DNA of 44,308 bases from Nemertoderma westbladi (GCA_032718475.1 JAUCBJ010005883.1:1-44308); one strand, 5' to 3'. Shown: positions 23,246 to 35,273, counted from the first letter of the stretch. The notes: generated by a model not told the origin, from the letters alone. Numbers and translations are program-made.

Positions 23246-23725
23246 TGTTCCAGGTCCAGCATGTTCCATATGATAATGACCCTGCTAAAGAAGAGGTGAT
23301 GTAAGCGGATTCAATTCCCTGTACTACCCACCGAAAATGGGATAGTGGCATTTTACCAATTATAGTTGGCGAGGTGACATTAGCAATAATAATGTCACCT
23401 CACAACCAACTAAGGCGATACACGCAGTAAGCCACCAGCCACAGGGAGAGTTGAGAGGTCAAACCACCTCAGAGGGACAAACAGGCTAGTAAGGCTAGCA
23501 CATGGGATAGTGGCAACAGGGAGTGGCGAGGTGACAATTAATCATGTTAAGCCAATGGTGGGTAGGAGAGCACATTGGGGGTGATTAGAGCGCATCTATT
23601 GGACATTCAGGCCACTCAGTGTCTGTAGTGTAGAGCTTATTTAGTATGTGTTATTAATAATATAACCGTTTTACTCATAAACGTTTTACTTCAGTTGGTT
23701 CCTATACAGTTGTGAGACCGGAACA
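23246..23725. mobile_element. Possible solo LTR (480 bp)
   Basis: Starts TGTTCCAGGTC, ends GACCGGAACA (TG...CA with short inverted ends); internal direct repeats (ATGGGATAGTGGCA; GGCGAGGTGACA); higher GC than flanks. No clean TSD. Confidence 0.4.
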
Positions 23726-25504
23726 GTTTTAACCGTCGTCACTACCGTGTTATTATATTCAGACTGTGCTATTATTACGTTCTGTGATTATACAAACTGA
23801 CAGTAAAACTCAGTTATTTCAACGGCCTTTCGGCATATCATACATATCCAGACTACACTACAGTTTAGCAGCCTACAGACGCGGCGATGCGTATAACTCA
23901 CACACCCGTCGGGATTCGTTACTGCCAACTCCGGTGGATCCCGTCACAGGTGATGTATGGAACATGCAGACATGGCAGGATGGGCAGATGGGCGGGGCAT
24001 GACCTTTGCTTCATAATTTTATATATATGGCCAGGTCATGCTGTCATGATTGCATTGGATGTCTGGCTGGGATATTAAAATAGTCTGCAAGGATGTTGCA
24101 CATTGTTGTAATGGAGGATCAGGTTTAGATCTTTACATATAAGTTTAAAGCACATTATCAAATTGAACTTTAATTGAAGTATTATTGTATACTGCAGTAG
24201 CAGAGTAGGTAGTGGTTCCAACTTTAGAGTCTCCAGTCGTATAGAATAACTAACAAAAGAATCAAGTCCACATATATTGTATAAAACACGTCAACCTTTG
24301 CGGCAACATTTGTCTAGAAATGGGCTCAAAACTGTGGAAGAATGATGGTACAGTATTCCAATTGACAGATAGAGCTAGGGCAGGCGAATATTACATAAGT
24401 CTTCAGGCTGTCAGGAGAGGAATGGCTTCATTTGATATGCAAAGTTTTAAAGAGGACATCAACAACCAGAAAAATCCAAATCCAACTTCCAAATTCTGGA
24501 ATTGATTCAACATCTACAAGATATAGTAAGCCTTCCTGAGTCTGTGACTGTGCAGCTGTGAGCTTGAATCTCGCAACAGTGAGGATTTGGTCTACTGTTC
24601 TTCTTACCAACAGTACAGCAGTAAGGCTGTAAGGATAGCGAATTTATCTAGTCTTCTGCATTTTTCTCTCCAATCACTAACGGAGTTAACAATCATTAAA
24701 GTTATTGCCTGTAAGTTGCTGTGCTGTAAGGTTAAGCCTACCCTGCATACATGTCATGTCACAGGTTACACTGGTCACCCATTCTCACCAAGCTCTATAA
24801 GCACTAAGCAGCAAAGCCTACTGCTACACCCTACTGCTGGCAGGCTGGTGATGTTGTAAAGACTGGCGAAATTTGAGGTTTTGTCTCAAATTTGAGGTTT
24901 AACCTCAAATTTCAATTTTCGCCCCCAATAAAAGCATGTTTGCATCGGTGAAATATTTTATTGCATCGATAAAAGTTCTTATTTTACATTATATTTTAAC
25001 ATATTAAAAGTAGAAGTTGCTCCAACAGTTTCCCTAAGTCGCAGCAACACTCGATATTATGAGCCTAAAAATACCTCAAATTTGAACAAAAAACCCCAAT
25101 TTTCGACAGTCTATTACCAGAATTCGAAATTTGGGGTAACCCCAAAATTGATGATCTCCCTGACTGCTTATAGCAGTATAGTACCCATAAAACAGAAATA
25201 AAAAAAACTTAACTAGGCCTACTAAAAAAACGATTAGGCTCAAGCCGCTCAACAGCAGAACAGCTCAATGCAGTTTCCGGTACCCACACTTTTTCTTACT
25301 TCTGTACTCAGTACTTGTACTGTTGTAAACCACCTTTCGGTCTTTACCGGTACAGTTAACCGGTACACCTGTACACTGTCTGACTGTCACTTTCTGACTG
25401 TCATACTGTCATGTCATAGGCCTATCATAACCCTTTATTCTTGTAAAGACAGAAAGATGGTTTGGTTTATTATTTTGGTTAGGGTTAGTTTGTCAGGCCT
25501 CAAG

Positions 25505-25629
25505 CAGTCAAGCATAATTAAAACTGCTACCGGTATATAATGTAACCCTAACCCTAAATCATAATCTAAGAAATTTAGCGGAATTTCTTAGATTATGACT
25601 TACTGACTTAGGCTTAGGGTTACATGACA
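25505..25629. repeat. Imperfect hairpin/inverted repeat
   Basis: TGTAACCCTAACCCTAAATCATAATCTAAGAAATT vs AATTTCTTAGATTATGAC...TTAGGCTTAGGGTTACA; outer arms TAATTAAAACTG / CAGTTTTAATTA. Confidence 0.6.
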
Positions 25630-25652
25630 GTTTTAATTAGGGTTGACTGACT

Positions 25653-25912
25653 GTTAGAACAAAATTTCGCTCACTTTGAGTTTTGCTCGCGTTTCTTTTT
25701 CATTTTGCAATGTTAATGAAAAAGTGTTGCTCGCTTCGCTCGCGTATATTTTTCGTTTGCATTGTCAGATTGTTAAAATGTGATGTGCGCGTTTTTTTCG
25801 GAGCATGTGCGGTATATTGTCCAATATCTGAAATCTGAATATTGCGCGGCTGAAAAATGGTGCGCAGGCGTTGTGCGCGGTCCGGCGGTACAGTGGTGGT
25901 TTGCCGCCTGGC
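25653..25912 (-). repeat. Dispersed repeat; inverted uninterrupted copy of the sequence at 27850-28038 + 32800-32940
   Basis: Its reverse complement matches CCAGGCTGCAAACCACCACTG...GCGAAGCGAGCAA...TTAACATTGCAAAATGAA and then AAAAGAAACGCGAGCAAAACTCAAAGTGAG. Confidence 0.75.
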
Positions 25913-25967
25913 TTGTCGGAATATGCAACGAATTATCGGGCTGTCCTGAATCTGTCCTATCGGGCTG

Positions 25968-26023
25968 AACTGAATGTTAAGCCTAGTTGTTAGGTACCTA
26001 ACAACTAGGCTTAACATTCAGTT
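25968..26023. repeat. Perfect 56-bp palindrome with no spacer
   Basis: AACTGAATGTTAAGCCTAGTTGTTAGGT|ACCTAACAACTAGGCTTAACATTCAGTT. Confidence 0.95.
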
Positions 26024-26159
26024 GGCTTATATCTGTATATAATTAAGTCATACTTATAAATTGTTACTTTCTGACTTTACCTGTTTACTACAGTCCACAG
26101 TCAGTGAGTCAGTGAGTCAGACAGTACTAACGTACTAGTCAGGACTAGGGTTCAACAGA

Positions 26160-26698
26160 CAGTCGGGGAGAAGTTCTATTTTCAACTGAGTTGAAATTTC
26201 AACTTTATTTTTTAAAATTCAACTTTTGATTAAAATTCAACTTTTGGAGTAGAGTTTAAAATTGAACTTTTTTTAAAATTCAACTTTTGGAGTACCGGTA
26301 GCTTTGGAAATACTAAAATATGGAATTGGAATCCTGGAATCCATTACTGGTATTCCATTGTATAATAATTATGAGATTCAGCGGTAATTAAATACATCTA
26401 ATAAATTCCCGTAGTATTTCAGCTAATTTGCAAATGTAATCACTTAAAATGTTTTTTAAAAAAGTATTCCCGACAGTGAAAGTTTTTATTCCATCAGTAA
26501 TGAGGGTTAATTTTTCGAGTTACGTCCATAAAAACAATCAAAACACCCCTTCTGTGACGTCTTGGGGGGGGGGGGGGGGGGGGGGGGGGCTTCTGCGCCT
26601 CCTGCCATTTTAGAGTTGAATTTACAACTTAAAAGTTGAATTTAAAAAAAAAAGTTTTAAATTTCAACTCAGTTAAAATTTGAACTTCTCCCCGACTG
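26160..26698. mobile_element. MITE with 5-bp TSD (hAT5-like) nested at the left end of the hAT element
   Basis: TIR CAGTCGGGGAGAAGTTC / GAACTTCTCCCCGACTG extended by TTTCAACTGAGTTGAAATTT; TSD ACAGA on both sides. Confidence 0.8.
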
Positions 26699-26749
26699 AC
26701 AGAGACAGAAGGCACTTTATGGGGCCGAACAGCCGAACCAACTCGGGTC

Positions 26750-27016
26750 AGCACCACTGTCTGCACCAGTCAGCCAGTGTCAGCACCACTGTCTGCATCT
26801 GCACCAGTCAGCCAGTGTCTGCACAACTGTCTGCACCAGGTGTCTGCACCACTGTCTGCACCAGTGTCTGCACCACTGTCTGGTGTCTGCACCACTGTTG
26901 CACCACTGTCTGCACCAGTGCGTGCACCACTGTCTGCACCAGGTGTCTGCACCACTGTATGCATCACTGTCTGCACCACTCTGCCACTGTCTGCTCTGCA
27001 GCTGCACCAGTGTCTG
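26750..27016. repeat. 12-bp minisatellite (CTGCACCACTGT/CTGCACCAGTGT)n
   Basis: About 20 degenerate tandem units; generates several spurious ORFs. Confidence 0.9.
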
Positions 27017-28786
27017 CTTAACGTTTACACTCCAAAATTAATTAGGCCCTAGTACAACGATGGACAGATTGATTAGTCTTACTGTCTTCTGGTCTTAGCT
27101 CAATCAGTCAATGTAATACTTGGAATATTTAACAAAGTCTGCTCCGGGCTTCTGCAGTATCAATTGCAGAAGCCGAACCGAACCGAACCGAAATTGCCAA
27201 ACTTCGGCCCGAACCGAACCGAAGCCGAAGCTTCTGTTGAGCCCTAGTCAGGACTTACCTTAACATACTGACATAATGACAATAGGCCTAGTAGTTAAAA
27301 TAAATTGACAAATTCTCAGCTCCGGAATCATGTTGAAATGATTTGGCTGTTTGAAGAATTCCAGGTGAAGCATTGGTAATTTTTTTTGTGTACTGGTGTA
27401 TTTTCGTGATTTCAATTAATTTGTGGTGTGCATCAGACAGTCAGAGCCAGGGATGGCAAAAACCATGGTTTTTTGAAAAAAATTTTTTGGTTTTATTGTT
27501 TGGTTTTTTATGGTTTTTTTCGGTTTTTTATGGTTTTTTATGGTTTTTCTGTGGTTTAATTAAATCCAATACAGCAATACATACAAATGTAGGGCCTACA
27601 TACAACAGTCTGACAGTACAACCCTTGCGCTTACCCAATACAATAGAACAAAATACTGGAATAACTGAATAAGGCCACACTGCCACATACAGTATGCTGG
27701 TTTGAAGCGTTTCTTCTGCTGTTCTGTTCTGTCCTTACTCTCATCCAACCCATCAGCCCATGTCAGCATGCGACAAAATACTAACAACATACAACGTAAA
27801 AATACATACCAACGTCCAGACGTCTGCACTGCTCCACTGCACGCCAGGCTGCCAGGCTGCAAACCACCACTGAACCGCGCACAACGCCTGCGCACAATTT
27901 TTCAGCCCCGCAATATTGGACAATATACCTACCGCGCATGCACCGAAAAAAAACGCGCACACCACATTTTAACAATGTAAACGAGAAACATACGCCAGCG
28001 AAGCGAGCAAAACCTTTTCATTAACATTGCAAAATGAACGGTCAGCCTAAACACCCAACTACACCCAACTTTCACCCAACTACACCCAACTACACCCAAC
28101 TTTCACCCAACTACACCCAACTACACCCAACTTTCACCCAACTACACCCAACTTTCACCCAACTACACCCAACTTTCAGCCAACTACACCCACACAGTTC
28201 CACCCCACTACACCCAACTTCCACTGCACTTCCACTCTGCATCCAACTTACACCAAACTATACCTACTGTATGGCACCAAACTTCCACAAATTACAATAT
28301 GTACAGTAACAAACTCTTCGAGGAATTGCTGAGATATGAGCTTTTAAATGTTTCATGTACTGTATGTTGCCCCCACTGCTGAGCAATTATGAAAATAACA
28401 AACTAACGTTTTATATTTTTTGCAGGTTGGTTCTAGAATAATTGATGAATTTAGCAATAAATATACAAAGGAGAGACGCAGAGACTATTGACGAACGATC
28501 CAAGCTACAGTATAAAACTAAACTGGCGCTGTTTGGGATTGTGGTGAAAATGAAAACGGTATTGATACACAGGGGGGTCACCGTCACAGCCTTAACGACG
28601 AAATCGCATTGGAAACTTCTGTTATGGGAATAGCAATGCAGATAATTCGTACAAAGTTAATGGACATAAGTTCTATATTATACAGTATGTTTAATGCAAT
28701 TATAATAATGTAATTATCCTTTATGTATCATAGAATACAAGAAAAAGAACTGTAACATTATTTTCAGCAGCTTTATTTTAATCTTG

Positions 28787-29036
28787 GGCCCATGTAAACA
28801 CTTTCTGCCGTTATATATTTAACTTTGCAGTTGCCCCCATGTGAAGAATCCCAGGTTTTCATTAAAATCACAGGTTACAAAAGGACTGAATCTAACCAAA
28901 ACAATAAACGAAATTTAGCCGTATCAAAACGAAACGTATCAAAAAGATAAATTAAAAAAAATAAAAAATCTTCATACATAAAATTCCAATAAAATGTCGA
29001 CCGAAAAGTGAAATCCTGGTATTATTCACATGGGCG
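28787..29036 (+). mobile_element. GGCCCATG MITE family, copy 2 (inserted in left foldback arm)
   Basis: Homologous to 14089-14363; absent from the right arm (~31305-31335). Confidence 0.78.
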
Positions 29037-29499
29037 AACTTTATGGCCTTTATATTAATTAATTTTTAACGAAACAACAGCAATAATTTTAGAACATTTT
29101 ACATTTTTGATAAACTAAAAGGGGATCTGGTAAGATCTGTACAGGTCAAGGGAATTTCTGCAAGGAACTTATTATGATCTTCACATACAGGCGATGCCAG
29201 AATGGACAAGATCTCTACAGTATGAGAATCGATAAGATCGTTATACATTACAGATCTTACAGTAGTAGAAATAATAATTCATCACACTAGGGTAGAGAAT
29301 TGCAGACGTTGATCAACGTAATCATATAGACGCGGCTTGTGGTCTCTAGTACATACTGTACAGTATATGTACAGTAGGATATGACAATATTCAGCTTATT
29401 TTATTACAAACAACGAAATGGGAGAAGTGTATTTAATCTTTCAGACATTCCACCCATTCGAAAATCCTCATGTGATCAACATTGAGGTTTCCAAACTAA

Positions 29500-29987
29500 T
29501 GTGTGCATTGTACTTGACACAATGAACCCGGCGTAGCATTCTTGTGAATGTGCCATCCAGAGATTTGGTGTCCTCAGCAGTTAGAGCCCAGCATGGACTC
29601 CCGTAGAGGAGTACTGGAACTACTGCTGCTCTAAATAATCGGACCTTGAGTTTCCGATTAATTCTCGGTGACTTCCAAATCCTGGAAAGCCTATTCAAGG
29701 CTGCCCATGCCTTTCCCTTACGTATTCGAAGGTCCTCACCTGACTTCCGGATCCATGATCCCAGGTAACAGAAGTTGTCCACATGCTCAAGCATACCATC
29801 CTTTGAGCTTATGCTCATCCGATCAGAGACTTGCTGAGGACTTTCAAAGTTAACTGTCAAAATTGTGGTCTTTCTGGAGGTAATAAAAAGACCAACACTA
29901 GAAGCAGAATGTTCTAATGAGCTGAGGAGCCGTTGGGCTCCCTCTAATGATTCTGAGAGTACTCCTAAGTCATCAGCAAAGTCTATC
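29500..29987 (-). mobile_element. RTE-clade LINE internal RT fragment
   Basis: Encodes DFADDLGVLSES...VDNFCYLGSWI...RIRKGKAWAALNRLSRIWKS...VLLYGS; nearly identical to ~40972-41437. Flanked by a 22-27-bp direct repeat. Confidence 0.88.
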
Positions 29988-31509
29988 TGATCAACATTGA
30001 GGTTTCCAAGCTAAATTCTCACATGTGAATGAATAATACAGTATGTCACACACTTTAGGTATGTTGCTACATAGTCGGATCCCAAGTGGGGTTTCTCATG
30101 GGGCTTTAATGTGGATCAGTTGGCGAAAATCTTCAAAAGTTACTTACGAATGAATTTTTCGTTACAGACAGACAAGCGGACAGAACGACCGACTGGAGAT
30201 GAAATTTTGCCCTATTTTTACTAATTGCAATTGTGCGCTAAGGCTTGCCCTGACTGCGTGACTCGTCCCACAGAACACCAAACTCTCCAACCAACTACAC
30301 TCAACTTTGACTCACTTTCACCCAACTACACTCCACTTCCACCCAACTCTCACCCAACTACACCCAACTTTCACCCAACTACCCCCAACAACACCCAACT
30401 TTCACCCAACTACACCCAATTCTCCACCCAACTACACCCAACTATCACCCAACTACAGTACACTCAACATTGTCTCACTTCCACCCAACTACACTTACCT
30501 TTCACCACTTTCTCGCAGGTCAGGATTTTTGAAAATAAAAAATTATAAAGCAAATTATAAAATTGTCAAAAACCATACAAATCCTAATCTACGTCGCTTT
30601 TTTGGATGTGAAGATGAGTAGGACATACAGTACAATATATCTAATGTTTAGTTCTGAGGCATAACAGCGAGAACATGCGAGCCACGTAGTAAAGGCGAGC
30701 CTTAACGCACTATGATAATTAGTAAATACTGGAAAATTTATTTCGAGTTATTATCATATTCGAGTTAGTGAAATATTGAAACGAGGGACCGAAGTGAGAT
30801 AAAAGTACATTATACACTATAATATGTTGTTTTATTGTTAATTTATTGTTATTACTAATAAATTTATTAATATATTGTTATTACTTAACGCTCGTCTATG
30901 GACGAGCCGCAAATAATCCATCTATCTACTGTATTTACGGCTTGTCCAAGGACAAGCGTTAAGTACGGTAATTCAGAAATTTAACAATAAAATATTATAA
31001 TTATCCTTTGTATCATATTACAAGAAAGATTGTAACATACAGTAGTCTTTATTTTCAACAGTTTTATTCTAAACTTCGTGGCCTTTATATTAATTTGATC
31101 TTATCTTTCGTTTATTATTTTGGTTCCATGAGAAATTTATTATTCGCCTATATTATACAGAAAGTACTTTATTTGCTAACCATTAAGATTGGATCAGGGA
31201 GCCAAATGGAGTGTAAACTTGAGACATGTAAAATGTAATGAGAAATGTAAAAAGTTCTAAAATTATTTCTGTTGTTTCGTTAAAAATTAATTAATACAGT
31301 ATAAAGGCTATAAAGTTTAAGATAAAGAAGCTGAAAATAATGTTACAGTTTATTTTCTTGTATTCTATGATACATAAAGGATAATTACATTATTATAATT
31401 GCATTAAACATACTGTATAATATAGAACTTATGTCCATTAACTTTGTACGAATTATCTGCATTGCTATTCCCACAGCAGAAGTTTCCAATAATGCGATTT
31501 CGTCGTTAA

Positions 31510-32219
31510 GGGGGGGTACACCATTTTCGGCCAACTCTTCGATTTATCACTCTCAGCGTTTCAAAATTGTTTGATTTTGGCTAAAATTTGGCATATAGGT
31601 GCCTAAGATGCTATTCTACATGACAGGTCAGAAAATTTTTTTTTTTCGCTATTGAATATTAGTTAATACTAGTTAACAACAAAAAAAACTTGGTTGCGTT
31701 TAAAACCCTAAGGCTTTTACAGTTTTGAACCTAATCATATGAAAGTTTTTTTATATGATAGATCAAAGATGGGGCAACATAACTATCAGGCGAAATTTTG
31801 TTAAAATAATTCTGCACCGCTAGGTGGCGCTGCAAATTTATGCAAATTTTTAGGTTTTTTATAAATAGTATTAAATTTTATTAACAAAAAATTTCGAAAA
31901 GTTGCCTGATACTTTTATGCAGGGTGGCTATCTAGACACCCACAGAAAGTTTCAGACTAATTGCTCAAAAATTGTAGAAGTAGTAGGGTTTTGAAGTCGA
32001 GAATTTCATAAAAAATTTTTTTGGAGATAATCGACCTTTCATTATATATAGTAATAGTAATTTCAATAGGATTCCGTAAATGGAAATTTACATAACTTGA
32101 AAACTAAAAGAGCTATTAAATAGCGGTTTTCAGATATGGAAACACCATTCAATGGTGCATTACAATAGACCATAAAAAAAATTTCGACATATTTTGGACC
32201 AAAATGGTGTACCCCCCCC
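31510..32219. mobile_element. Kolobok-like non-autonomous element (TTAA TSD)
   Basis: TTAA|GGGGGGGTACACCATTTT ... AAAATGGTGTACCCCCCCC|TTAA. The opposite foldback arm holds the empty site CACAGCCTTAACGACG (~28585-28600). G-start termini favour Kolobok over piggyBac (CC start). Confidence 0.85.
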
Positions 32220-34022
32220 TTAAGGCTGTGACGGTGACCCTCCTGTGTATCAATACCGTTTTCATTTTCACCGCAATCCCACAGCGCCAGTTTAGTTTGT
32301 ACTGTAGCTTAGTTTGGAGTTTTGATGCGTGGTATGTGTAGACATCTATAGGTATCTGGATCGTTCGTCAATAGTCTCTGTGTCTCTCCTTTGTATATTT
32401 TTTGCTAAATTCATCAATTATTCTAGAATCAACCTGCAATAAAAATAAAATGTTAGTTAGTTATTTTCATAATTGCAGGGCAGTGATGGCAAAATACAGC
32501 ACGAGTACATGCAACTTTTAAAAGTTCATATCTCAGCAATTCCTCAAAGAAGTTCAGAGTTTGTTACTGTACATATTGTAATTTGTGGAAGATAGGTGCC
32601 ATACAGTATAGAGTTTGGTGTAAGTTGGATGCTGTTGTGTTGAAGTTGGGTGTAGTTGGTGAAAGTTGGGTGTAGTTGGGTGAAAGTTGGGTGAAAGTTG
32701 GGTGTAGTTGGGTGAAAGTTGGGTGTAGTTGGGTGTAGTTGGGTGTAGTTGGGTGAAAGTTGGGTGTAGTTGGGTGATTAGGCTGACCCCAAAATGAACA
32801 GATGAAAAAGAAACGCGAGCAAAACTCAAAGTGAGAGAAATTTGTCCATTCTAACAGCCAGACAGCTGAACAGTGCAAAATGTAAGATAAAGAAACGCGA
32901 GCAAAACTCAAAGTGAGCGAAATTTTTTCCTTCTAACAGTGCAAAATGAAAAAGAAACGCGACTACCAGTCTGCTTTATATTATTTACAGCGTTAATTGT
33001 AAAATTTTATGAAAAACCATAAAAAACCAATTTTTTCGCCTTTTTTTAAAAGTTGGTTAAACCAAAAAACCATAAAAAACCAATGGTGAGAAAAACCATT
33101 GGTTGCCAACCCTGGTCAGAGCTGCGTGGTGGCGGTGGGGCACAACGGGCATCTGTCTCACCCAAACGCGCACTGGCGCAACTGTCTTACGCTCACCCAA
33201 ACGCGCAACGCGCATCTGGTTCGCGGTCATTTGCGCAGGTACCCTCCTGCCCTCCGTGTTTTGCAGCATGAATTCAAAGCTGGCCAATGCCCAACAGCCC
33301 AAACGAAGTATTGTCAGTGCAAACTGCAAAGTACCTACATATGTATGTAACTCTGTATGTTAGAGATAGTTGGCCTAAGGGCATGTGTACTGCCAACTGC
33401 CATGGCCTACTACTGTAAAAGATGAGAGATGAGATGAGTGCGCATTATTTAGAATGTTGGAATGAAATGCAGGAATGGCCTAACAGTACAGCAGTAGGCC
33501 TAACAGACAAGAGAAGTTAATAATAATAACTACAAAATTAATAATTCAGTACATACAGACATAGGCCCTTACAATATAGGCCTATATAATATTATTATAT
33601 ATATATACAGTTCAGTAATAAACAACATAATTACTGAATTAACATTCTATGTTCTATTCCCGCTGTAGGCCTACTGGCTGACTGGTAATGTTGAAATAAC
33701 GGGCAGCGAGCTATCTCAGTCTTCTTATTTTATAAATCTTTCAATACCCTGTGTAGAAGTTGTCTCCTAATTGGCTAATACTGTATCTAATGAGGTTATT
33801 CCTATTACTGTACCTTGAGTGGCGGATTTCTGAGTTGAAGATTCAACATCTAAGCACTATAGTATCACATCACAGTACCCAGCTATCGCTATCAGCTGAT
33901 CAGTGATTATTGGTCAGTCAGTTTATTTATTTACATATTGTATTAAGCTAGGCCTATTGATAATGAAACAATTTACTACAGCTACAGCTACAGTAGTCAT
34001 TATTCATTCCGACATAGGCCTA

Positions 34023-35273
34023 GGGTGAGTGAGGGAGACTTGAACCCCAAAAGTTATAATCGCTCTAAAGGATAGATAAATAAATTTTTCAATGCCGTTT
34101 TAACTTTTTCACACTACATTTATGATTGCTATCATTATGTGAGAGTTTGAGAATTTCAACTCTTAAACTTTTTTAATTAAACCAATTATTCGTATTTTCG
34201 AAAAAGCGTCAAGTCTCCCTCAATGGGGGGAGACTTGACACCTAGGGTGGGAGACTTGAACCCCATCTCGCATACTTGTAAATTCGTTCAAAAATGCATA
34301 AGAAGTGTAATAATTACATGTTCAACATGTCTATTTTCTATTAGAGCAGAAAAATTTCAAAAAATGCGATTGTTAAATTATTATCCAAAATTTTATATAA
34401 ATTTTGGTGGTCGTTCACATGGTTCTCCCAACAGCAACAAGAAAAATAATAGAAAATAATAAATAGAAAATAATAGCTCATTAAAACCGCATTAAAATTT
34501 AACGCGGGAAGGTACTTTTTATTAATGAATATCTTGTATAATTTTCAATCCAGGCATATATTAATTGTTTTCCTGTAATTCTATTGATGTGTGCCGCTCT
34601 CTGACGAAGTGGCATCTTGTTTAAGCTGTCAATCACCCAGTTGGCGGGCTACTAACTACATTACAAAGAGGGAAGGGAGAGTTGGTTGGCTTGGCTTGGC
34701 TTGGCTGGGTTTATCAATGCCTCTTTCTCTCTCTCTGGCCACTCCATTGTATTCACATTCCATTGATAGCTTCGTCTGTGTAAGTGCCGATCAACTACAG
34801 TTTAGTTGGAGTGCTCTGGTGTAATGGTTCTCTACGTGGGTGTATCTCTAGGTAGACGTCAGCATTGAAGGCTTCAAGTCTCCCTCACACTCGGGCGTCA
34901 TGTCTCCCCACATGGGCTTTTTTTATATTAATTGATATAATTTCAAAACGGCTGAACCTAAACTGGAAAACAATATATGGCAGGATAGTGCAATAATTAG
35001 TCAACACATGCTGTGAATCACAATTAACATACAGTAAAATAAGGATGCGATAAGTCATTCGTTGTAAATGGCAAAAATTTACTTTTGAATCCAGAAAACG
35101 TTTCTTGACAATAAAACAAAAAATAACCAAAAGGTAATAAAATATTGTTGCGCGGTTGTAGCCAACATGTATTTTACACATTTTTGTGTGGTATTGTTAA
35201 ATAATTTACAATAGTTTTTGAGTTATTAAAAAAAATCAAGTCCCCCCTAAAGTCAAGTCTCCCTCACTCACCC
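34023..35273. mobile_element. Tc1/mariner-pogo-like non-autonomous element
   Basis: 21-bp perfect TIR GGGTGAGTGAGGGAGACTTGA / TCAAGTCTCCCTCACTCACCC flanked by TA; internal GGGAGACTTGA repeats near 34210-34260 and 34875. Confidence 0.75.

Larger units (their letters stand above)
22232..25166. mobile_element. Non-autonomous TIR element with 5-bp TSD (hAT5-like), 2.9 kb, carrying nested insertions
   Basis: 19-bp perfect TIR CAGTCAGGGAGATCATCAA / TTGATGATCTCCCTGACTG; TSD CTTAT on both sides; ACCTCAAATTT subterminal repeats at both ends. Confidence 0.8.
26146..27246. mobile_element. hAT non-autonomous element
   Basis: TIR TAGGGTTCAACAGA / TCTGTTGAGCCCTA; perfect 8-bp TSD GTCAGGAC (26138-26145, 27247-27254); (CCGAA)n subterminal repeats. 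Confidence 0.85.
28040..32789. mobile_element. Foldback/MULE-type element with long inverted arms (~28040-29110 and ~31240-32789 including insertions) containing (CACCCAACTA/CACCCAACTTT)n arrays
   Basis: Termini GGTCAGCCTAA / TTAGGCTGACCC; 9-10-bp TSD CAAAATGAAC (28030-28039, 32790-32799); arms align over roughly 800 bp. A third array copy lies at ~30290-30500. No transposase ORF seen. Confidence 0.85.
27448..33114. mobile_element. hAT non-autonomous element (outer shell of nested stack)
   Basis: TIR CAGGGATGGCAA / TTGCCAACCCTG; perfect 8-bp TSD GTCAGAGC (27440-27447, 33115-33122); inverted TGGTTTTTTA / TAAAAAACCA subterminal arrays. Confidence 0.85.

Noticed and set aside
24320-24505. 61-aa ORF inside the hAT5-like element as a transposase remnant
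   Set aside because: No hAT or DDE motif recognisable by eye.
25543-25556. Interstitial telomere (TAACCC)n
   Set aside because: Only two units, part of a small hairpin element.
26680-27052. Repetitive ORFs (CTTV, SAPL, GADS, WCRQ)
   Set aside because: Translations of a 12-bp minisatellite inside a hAT element.
28034-28309. LHPTFTQ/HPTTPN repeat ORFs (also 30225-30621, 32554-32911)
   Set aside because: Translations of foldback-arm tandem arrays.
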